Virus record (IMG/VR): IMGVR_UViG_3300043010_000145
Length of the DNA: 64,000 nt
DNA from: a virus
Taxonomy: Duplodnaviria; Caudoviricetes
Reading direction: 5' to 3' (one strand)
Positions 39,725-48,900 of the stretch are shown here, piece after piece. Positions within the stretch are counted from its first letter, which is position 1. Each line of letters begins with the position of its first letter. Below the pieces are notes generated by a model that worked only from the letters and a program-made list of their open reading frames with translations, ran no database searches and was not told where the DNA came from. The position numbers and the translations under genes are program-made.

Positions 39725-39868
39725 AGACAAGGAAAAGCATTAGATATTAGGGTGCTTGGGTGAAAAACCTAAGTGAGCCCCGCACGGGCGGGGAAATCCT
39801 ATATTATTTAAAGCTAGCAAAATGATATAGGTCAGTAAAAGTGCACGTTTACTGCAATGCTTTCCTTC
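39725..39868 (+). ncRNA. Conserved structured leader RNA, copy 2, with embedded repeat-like unit at 39773-39799
   Basis: Closing stem AAGGAAAAGCAUU/AAUGCUUUCCUU; hairpins CCUAUAUUAUUU/AAAUGAUAUAGG and CAGUAAA/UUUACUG; GTGAGCCCCGCACGGGCGGGGAAATCC. Confidence 0.7.
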
Positions 39869-39998
39869 TAAAGATGTCAGGCTTGGGAACTAGTATGTCT
39901 TAACTATTCGATTGGAAAACACAGATATGTTGCAAATTTGCGGATTTGTAACAAGGTATACCAAGTTAAGTATGAAAACGGAAAAGCATCTTTCTAGT

Positions 39999-40108
39999 AC
40001 TTGCCCCATAAGGGTGGGAATGTTTCTGTATGTATTAGAACTACTTGTTGACCGTTTGCCCCGCACGGGCGGGGATATGTTTCTTGTTTCAACAATCTAT
40101 ACAAGTTG
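39999..40108 (+). CRISPR. Orphan type I-E-like mini-array 2: degenerate repeat (39999-40027), 26-nt spacer (40028-40053), repeat (40054-40084), short terminal spacer
   Basis: ACTTGCCCCATAAGGGTGGGAATGTTTCT and GTTTGCCCCGCACGGGCGGGGATATGTTTCT; preceded by AT-rich leader ending TTTCTAGT. Confidence 0.8.
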
Positions 40109-40135
40109 GCACTCCGCAAATGCGGAGTGTTTTTT
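40109..40135 (+). terminator. Intrinsic terminator closing mini-array 2
   Basis: GCACTCCGC-aaat-GCGGAGTGT + T run. Confidence 0.85.
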
Positions 40136-40203
40136 CTATTGTCTAACAAGATAAAGCAGCGATACCTCGACACATAGGTCGGACTTCGCTGCTTTATCTT
40201 GTA

Positions 40204-40763
40204 TCAGATTTTATCTAACCATAACATTTGTTTTGTAGCAGATTTCACCTCGCTACAGTCTTTGTTTTGTACTAGATTTTGTCTAGTCGCAATCTTTATT
40301 TTGTTCCAGTATTTATCTTGTCCTATTTTCTCTACTCCACCTCTTCTGCCAGCACCAAACATTCTATGCATCAGCATTATACCCATACTATGATATTCTG
40401 CACCACCAGTAGAAGCACAGCAATCCTCTATTACAATAGGAATAATACCCGCATCCCAGAGCGAAATAGCACAGGCAAGCACACAAATTCCCAGCTATGC
40501 AAAGCAAATTTAGTTTGCTTTGCATAGCTAATTATTCTGTTAGAATAATTGCAAGTAAGCTCCTGTTCCGTAGCAGATTCCATTTTCATCCAACCTATTG
40601 CTTTTTCGTAGATACTTCCTTGTTCATTCTTGAATTGGGTACAAATTACGGTATCAAATTTCTTATTAGCAACCAGCTTCTGTATTCTTTCTGCACAAAC
40701 TTTTGTGTTTTCGTCTAAAAGAAAGCCTTGTTGTACATCTACAATCAGTAATATCTTCTGCAT
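40204..40763 (-). pseudogene. Isochorismatase/cysteine hydrolase pseudogene disrupted by a palindromic element at ~40486-40532
   Basis: LLIVDVQQGF in one frame, CVLACAISLWDAGIIPIVIEDCCAS in another; intervening conserved segment missing. Confidence 0.8.
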
Positions 40764-40873
40764 TTTCCATTTCCACCTATCTATTTCTTCTTCTTTTATT
40801 TGTTTCCTCCTTTTCACCATTCACTCGCTCTATTTTCTTGAACCAACTTTCCATTCAGCACCAAGGGGAAATT

Positions 40874-41139
40874 ATGAACCAGCTCATTCTCGACATACTC
40901 CTATTTCGCCCGCAGACAGCTCCTATTATTACATCATTTCAGCAGCAGTTCTGCCAGAGCATCAAGGCAAAGGCATAGCTACGAAATTAATGCACAAACT
41001 TCTAATCAGTCTGCCTAGTTCTTGCAGTACCATTACAGCATCAGCCGTTTCTCACGAGGGTATCTCCTTGCTTGAAGCAAATGGTTTTGTCGCAGTGCAT
41101 TCTGCATCTACTTATACGGTTTATTGCAAGAACATCTAG
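40874..41139 (+). pseudogene. GNAT acetyltransferase fragment
   Basis: AVLPEHQGKGIATKLM...LLEANGF; the RBS-led ATG (40874) is out of frame. Confidence 0.6.
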
Positions 41140-41266
41140 TCGCACATATTCCCCGTTCCATTTTTTGTCTTGTGCCATTCTATTGCTTGTTCCTAGCCTT
41201 ATTTTTCTATATTTGTACAAGGTAAATTACTTATACTCTTTGAACAACAAGGAGTTGAGTTTAACT

Positions 41267-41893
41267 ATGATAAAATTTGGAAAATACAGAGTTCAGGCAT
41301 ATATTACTCTAACTCAAAAAGAAATCAATGAGATACTCACGGAGCAGAGCAACGGCTTGTATTTTTGGGAATACAATCGAAAACTAGACGATTATTGCGG
41401 GTATAAAAAGGGGAAACCCAGTGAAGAAGCATCACGAGAAGTTCGCCGAATTCTTAGCAGATATTACCATGTACGAATTACAGATATAATTTTTGTAGAT
41501 TTTTTTGAAACTGAAGAAGAGCCACCAGAAGATGAGTATATACCTTATTTTTGCATGCGAGTTGCTACATCAAAGCTTTTACCTGCTACCGTAGAATATG
41601 GTGCTGAGTATATGATAGAAATGCCGAAGCAAGAAGCTTTGAAATTATTGCAGAAAATAAATCCAGATATCGAATATTTAACTCATATCGTTAATAGTTT
41701 GGCATATAAGCTGAGGAATGATGACTATGAGTATTATGACAGTATGGATTTAGTTGCCACTTTATCTGCTTATTTTGGTATAGAGGTGTTCGATATCACT
41801 ACAAATATTACTAGGTATGTCTATATAAATGATAGGTATAAGTCTACTGAGTTCGACACAGTGTATTTTCACCTATTTCACTTCGACAAGTAA
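41267..41893 (+). CDS. Hypothetical protein with tandem duplicated domain, probable paralog of 41996-42556
   Basis: AAGGAG RBS before ATG 41267; ILSRYYHVRITDI / TLSAYFGIEVFDI internal repeat. Confidence 0.75.
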   Translation: MIKFGKYRVQAYITLTQKEINEILTEQSNGLYFWEYNRKLDDYCGYKKGKPSEEASREVRRILSRYYHVRITDIIFVDFFETEEEPPEDEYIPYFCMRVATSKLLPATVEYGAEYMIEMPKQEALKLLQKINPDIEYLTHIVNSLAYKLRNDDYEYYDSMDLVATLSAYFGIEVFDITTNITRYVYINDRYKSTEFDTVYFHLFHFDK

Positions 41894-41995
41894 TCATTTC
41901 ATGTATTCTTCTATTCACGGAGGAAGTACTTCGTTTTTTCTCTATTTTCAACCAGAAAACTCATATAATTTCTGAAACAAAAGGAGATGTAGAAA

Positions 41996-42556
41996 ATGTA
42001 TCAAGTATGCAACACAGAAGTAAAAAACTTGCTTGAAATTAAATATGAAGATTTAAAGAAACTTGTTTCAAATTTATCCAAAGGCTCTTTGTCCGTACAA
42101 TATGACCCATGGAGCTGCACAGGAGTAGATAAAGCAACAGGCGAAGCATCCGAGGAAGCAACAGCAGCAGTCTGCCAGCTTTTAACCAAATACTTTCAAG
42201 TACCAGTTGTCGGCTTACATTATTGGGACCCAGCTGGCTGGCGAGAAGCTGTCATCAAATTGGTTTTAGATGTAGATAGACCTCTGCGGTCAATCAAAGG
42301 GTATCCAGTGAAAAACACGATTGTGTTTGATTGGAATAGTTTTGATGCAAATGTGCATAATGCAGACACGAATTACAACGGTATGACAAGAGATACGGAT
42401 TTCAATCTGCTGTACAAAGATGCACACGGTACAGAGCACCCAGCAGAAGAATATTTCCCTAAGTTGTCTAAGATTTTAGGCGTGCATGTTTCCCATGTGT
42501 ATATGGACGCTGACGATGATTATTGCACAACATTGTATGTTGAGTATACAATTTAG
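41996..42556 (+). CDS. Hypothetical protein with tandem duplicated domain
   Basis: AAGGAG RBS; LLTKYFQVPVVGL / KLSKILGVHVSHV; terminator after. Confidence 0.8.
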   Translation: MYQVCNTEVKNLLEIKYEDLKKLVSNLSKGSLSVQYDPWSCTGVDKATGEASEEATAAVCQLLTKYFQVPVVGLHYWDPAGWREAVIKLVLDVDRPLRSIKGYPVKNTIVFDWNSFDANVHNADTNYNGMTRDTDFNLLYKDAHGTEHPAEEYFPKLSKILGVHVSHVYMDADDDYCTTLYVEYTI

Positions 42557-42880
42557 GTAAAGCAAAAGCACTCAATCGAGTGCTTTTTCTTTTGCCAGTT
42601 TCTATTTGCAGCAATCTTTGGAGAATACATATTGGAAGTTTCTATTAAGATACGGGCAGCACTAGTTGTTTATTGTACAAAACACAATTTATGATTAAAA
42701 AATTTGCACATTATTTTTTTACTTCATAGATTAAAATAAGGTTAAAATGATAAAAATAAGTGAAGTATGCTTTGACATATATTTGATTTTTATATTTATA
42801 AGCATGCACACTTGTATGCAGCATTTAAAAGGTAATACTGCAATACTACGATTAGTTTTATGGTTAAAGGAGATGATATT

Positions 42881-42913
42881 ATGTTTCTTAATATTCATTT
42901 AGCCTACCCTTAA
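42881..42913 (+). promoter_or_regulatory. Candidate leader peptide MFLNIHLAYP upstream of giant surface protein
   Basis: AAAGGAG RBS 8 nt upstream; its 3' CCCTT can pair with the downstream AAGGGG RBS. Confidence 0.45.
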
Positions 42914-42956
42914 TCTTTATTATTGGGGATTAAAAGAAAAAAGGGGTGAAATAAAT

Positions 42957-45900
42957 TTGGATAAATTAAAACGAACAGTATTGTTCTTATTTCTTGGAAT
43001 TCTAGTATTAGCAGATACTAGTATGTCTATTTTCGCAGCGGGAAGTAGAGCGGCTGACGTAATTTGGGGCGATATACGAACATATTCACAAGAGGACATG
43101 CCTTATTTAAGTGATGCAATCACAGCGGGAAATATAAGTTATTCAACGGCTTATCAAAGAGGTCGTTCCTCCTCAGATACAGTTAAGACAAGTGTATATC
43201 AGAGCCAGAGGTTTAGTTCTGAGTATTCCAGTGGTTATTTTGCACCACAAGCAGGTCGTGAAATGGCGGGATTATCTAGTACGGCTGCAAGTACGGGTAA
43301 AGTTAGTTTAGGTTATTCATGGACATATAATGGTGAAGCATCCTATTGGTATAGCAACACGGTATGTTGGAATTTCACAAATACAGCTTATAACTCAAAT
43401 ATATTTGTTTATTATAAGCAAGGGGCTTTTTATAAGGGTGAGTATTATGATGTTAAGGTGTATTATTGGATGGAAAAGACATCTGGTCTTGATACTTCTT
43501 ATAAAGTGTATTCTAGCGGCTCTGTACAGGTTGTAGTAGATGCTAATGGGGATACTGCAAGACAAGCCTGTAGTCAGGTACATATGAAGATGTATTTCTT
43601 TAAGTCAGATGATACAAATGTAACATTCACGGATAGTACAGACAAAAGTAATAATGGTGAGGGTTATAAATTAGCAACTTATTCTACTGTGCCTGCTAAT
43701 TCTAAGGCTGCTGAGTTCAAAGGTGTTCTTTGTATAACAGATATGGACGCTGGCGAGGGTATGTACTTTAAGAGTGGTGTAGCGAGTGCTGCAAATGTTT
43801 ATTTGTCATCCAATACATTTATACGTAGGGTGCATTCTGACTCAGATATGCATGGTGCTTTTAATGAATATTATAATACAGGTTATACTAGTGAATTAGA
43901 CACAGGTAGTTTGTATGGTGTTGTTGCATCGGAGAATGCTAGCTCAAATCTGTCTACATTACTTAAAGAATATATTGCAGACGGGATGAATGCATCTACT
44001 AAGAAATTCCCATTAGGAACAAGTACAGTTGCTTCAACCTTACAATCTGGTTATGATACTGGTTTAATGTATGTGAGTGCATTTAGTAATGTGAGCCCGG
44101 ATTCTTCGAATAGCTTGTTAGGTAATGAGCCTGAATATATGTCTATGTGGGCAGAGTTTTTTTCATCATATTCTACACCAACGGAATTGGTTTATTTTAC
44201 GCCAAGTTCTCGTGGTGCAGACATTGGTTACCGAGGTGTGAATATTAACTATCAGAGTGTAGTTGTAGATAATGACTGTCTCCAAACTACTGCTAAAAAA
44301 TCTAAGGAGCTGGCAGCAGACCATGCAACTGCTTACGGTTCTTATCCTGTAACAAACGCTAGTTCTGCGTATGCTCAGGCACAGAGTGTTTATGGTTCCA
44401 ATTATACTGTTGAGGGTATTTATGCAGATTCAACATTAAAAACAAAGTATACTAGTGAGGATATTATAAAATTAACAGATGAAGATATTACATTATATGT
44501 AAAGATAATACCTACATATACTGTTACTGCGAAATCTTCTACTGGGGGCGTTACAGTTACACCGTCTAGTACTACATTGGCAGAGGGTGATTCTTGTAAA
44601 ATATCTTGGACTGCCCAAACTGGGTATGTAATTGCGGATATTACTGTTACAGCTCAACAAACAACAGCTGCCTATGGCCTAGTTAGTTTAGGTGGCGAAT
44701 CACATGGTGTAACTAGTACGTATACAATGCCATCCAGTAATACTGTTACAGGTGGTTATGTTACTATTACAGAAAAAGACCAAGCCGCCACAGGAAGTAC
44801 ACATAACACACATCGAAATTATGTTGTGAATGTAAGAGCAGTGCCTATAACCACGGATACTGTGGAAAGTTCTTATCAGTATGAAGTGCCTGTAACCTTT
44901 AATCTGACAAAAACAGATTCAGGAGATTCTACGGTATTACTGCAAGGAGCTACATATAGTTTAAGTCCATATAAGGCATTATCAGGTTCAACTTCTTATA
45001 GTGCTGTAACGTCTGCAAATAGTACGGCTACAACAAGCAGCACGGGAAAAATATCGAAAAAGTTTACAGTTGCCTCAGGTACATCTAGTACGTATTCTAC
45101 TTCTATAAAGTATATTCAGTCATCTGATATACTATCTTCATATAGTTCAACGGCTCAGAAGAATTTATTTGAAACAGCTTATAAGAGTACTTATACAGAA
45201 TCAACAGTACGAGCGAATGCTGAATCAACAAATGTAACAAGTTTCACAAATTGGCTTACGTCCAGTAAATTGGTTGGCAGCAAGATACAAGTAAAATACA
45301 CAGAAACAACTGCACCGACAGGTTATCAGTTATCTTCTACTACGAAAACTAGTTCTTCTGCTACGGTGGGTAGTTTTTCAGCAGGCACAGATGGTGTTTA
45401 TAGACCAACAACTGCATTGACAATAACAGCAACAGATACAAATACACCGTATAGCGGTACAAGACAAGAAGCGAATTATTCTTGTAATTATCTTGTTTAT
45501 GTTCCTATAACCGTAACCTTAACTAAGAAAGATGCAGGTACAAGTGATTTATTATCTGGTGCTAAATTCAGTATGTCTAGTGCCATTACGACCAATTCCT
45601 CCGGTGTAACATTAAGTTTAACAAACAATACTGCAACGGCTACAACCAATACAAATGGAACATTAACGTTTACCTTCCAAGTAAAAGGTTCTTTCACAAA
45701 GAATCTCACATATTATTATTACGATATGGATTCCTTGACAGGTTCAGCTAAAACTGCAGCACAAGCAGACGTGAATGCAAATTCCAATGTGTATGCAACT
45801 AAAGATGAAGCAACAAAAGCAGTTCAAGCAGCAGTTCTAGCAGAAGCAAATGCTACTGCAACCAAGCTGAGTAATGTAGTTATAACTGTTTCAGCTAAAG

Positions 45901-48900
45901 AAACTACTGCACCTACGGGGTATGATTTACCTAGTTCTGCTACAACTACTAAAACTGTAACATTAGGAACATTGCCTTACGATTCTTCCACTACGAGTTA
46001 TGGAACTACTGTAACTTCCTCTATGACTGTTACAGATACGGCTACGGCAGGCACAACAGCTACGGCATCTAAAACACAGACTTATACTTATGAAATTCCT
46101 ACAAGTTTAGTTATTACAAAAACAGATGCTACATCAAATTCTGCTTTATCTGGTGCTGTTTTTTCTGTAACTAGTACTGCAACAGATTCTACAAAGACGT
46201 TAACAAGTGAAACTACAAACACACAATCCGTTACAACAAATAGCAGTGGTAAAGCAACGTATTCTAATACATTGACAGGCTCTTTCACATTGACAACAAA
46301 GAATTATACGTATTATACGAATTATTCTTCGTTAAAGGGTTCTGCATTAAAAGATGCAAATAATGCAATTAATAACACAACAGTTTTCAAAACAAAATCA
46401 GAAGCTGAAGCTGCCGCTGATTCCGAATTAGCAACACTGCTTTCATCTAAGCAAACAGATTTAAAGAATATTGCGGTTACATTCTCTGCTAAGGAAACAA
46501 CTGCACCCAGTGGTTATGCTTTAGATACAACAACACATACATCTTCCAGCATTAAATCATCAGCATTTACAACTTCTGGTACGAAATTAACTGGTTCTAT
46601 ATCTACAACTATGTCCGTAACAGACACTCCATCAGGTGGTTCCTTGTCTGTTTTGACTGCACAAACAAAGCAGTATAACTACACAATTCCAGTGTCTATT
46701 AAATTAACTAAGAAGGATTCTACTACTAATGATGCTCTTGCTAATGCTACATTTACTGTAGTGAGCAAGTTTGGTTCTGAATCTTACGGTAATTCTGTCT
46801 CCAAAACGACAGATGAAAACGGTTTATTAACAGCAACTAGAAATATTACAGGTACAATTTCTGTTACAACATCCGCTTATTTGTATTATACAGATTATTC
46901 TAGCCTCGTAAGCTCTGCAAAAACGGAAGCAGATACAAAGATAGCCAATGGTGAAGCTTATAAAACGAAAGAAGATGCACAGGCTGCCGCTGATGCAGAA
47001 TTGCCTAATTTGGTTAAAGCAAAGTTAGCTTCCTCCGTTACGAGTCAAGCGATTCAGGCAAAAGCAACAGAAACAAAAGCACCATCAGGGTATACGTTAG
47101 ATACTACTGCACATGAAAGCAGTAAAGTGTATCCTAGCAATTATACTCTATCTGGAACAACTGCAACGTATTCAACTGTATCCGTGGATATTGGTACAGT
47201 TACAAATGATGCAGCAGGTGCAGCTACGGCACAGGTAGAAGCTACTACAAAAGAATATACCTACAGTATTCCTGTAAGTATTTCTTTAACGAAAACAGAC
47301 GCTGATTCTGGTAATTTGTTGAGTGGTGCAGTTTTTGATATTACAACGAAAGGTGCTTCCGATACAACGTTTACAAGAAAACAGTCTAAAACAACAGATT
47401 CGAATGGTGCAATAACCACAACGGACACTATTACAGGGAAATTCTCAGTTACATCTAAGGCGTATAAGTATTATGTAGATTATGATTCACTTGTAAGCAC
47501 TGTCAAGACAGAGGCAGATAAAAAAATTGCAAGTGGTGAGATGTATAAAGATGAAACGGCAGCCAGAGCTGCCATGCTTGCTTCTTTGCCTAGTCTAGCA
47601 GAAGAATATCTTAAAACAAATATTTCTGCGGTTGCATTACAGGCACAAGCAATAGAAACCACAGCACCAGCAGGGTATGAACTTGATGCTACTGCACATA
47701 CAAGTAAAGAGGTTAAGCCAACAACGTATTCTTTATCTGACACTGTATTTACATATGATACTGTGGCTTTACAAATAGGTACAATTACAAATGAGCCAAA
47801 AGGTGCAGCAACATCTACATTGTCATCTGTAACACAAAATTATTCGTATACAATTCCCCTGCAAATTACTTTGACAAAGAAGGATTCAGATTCTGACAAT
47901 CTGTTACAAGGTGCGGTATTTGATATCACCACAAAGTCTGCCACAGATTCTAGTTTTACAAGAAAACAATCAAAGACAACAGATAATAACGGTGCTATTT
48001 CTACTGCGGATACAGTCAATGGTACCTTTACAATAACGTCTAATACATTTAAGTATTATGATGATTATGATTCTCTTGTAGGTACAGTAAAAGACGAAGC
48101 AGATAAGAAAATAGCGTCTAATCAAGTTTATAAAACAAAAGCAGATGCACAAGCAGCACAAGCTGCTTCATTACCCGTTCTTGCAAAGGAGTATGTTGAA
48201 GCAAATATTTCTGCAAAAGGAATTCAAGCACAGGCAATAGAAACAACAGCACCTGACGGATATACATTAGATACAACTGTACATACAAGTGAGGAAGTTA
48301 AACCTGATAAGTATACATTATCTGGCACAACTTTCACATACAATACTGTAACATTACCTATTGGTACAGTTATAAACACACCAAAAGGAGCTTCTGTTTC
48401 TACCGTAGCTGCCATTGAAAAGCAGTATTCGTATGTAATTCCTTTACAAGTTACTTTGACCAAGAAAGATTCCAGTACATCTTCCTTGTTAAAAGGTGCT
48501 ACATTTGACATTACAACTAAGGGATTGAATGATGTTGACTTTACAAGGAAACAAACAAAAACAACGGATACTAATGGAAGTATTATTGTAACAGACAGTA
48601 TAAATGGTACATTTAAGGTTAAATCCAAGGAATTTAAATACTATGATGATTATAATGCACTTGTAAGTACAGTTAAAGAAAATGCAGATAAGAAAATTGC
48701 TGCGGGAGAGATGTATAAAACAAAAGCAGATGCAGAGGCTGCCCAAGCCGCTTCGATTCCAGTATTAGCTACGGAATATCTCGCAAATAATATTTCCACG
48801 GAATCTATTCAGGCTCAGGCAATAGAAACAGCAGCACCTGACGGGTATACATTAGACACAACTGCACACCTTAGTAAAGAAGTTACACCAAGCAAATATT

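Noticed and set aside
40083-40092. CTTGTTTCAA at the last repeat/terminal spacer of array 2 matches gene 41996-42556 near 42062
   Set aside because: Only 10 nt, flank is not AAN in the expected register; compatible with chance
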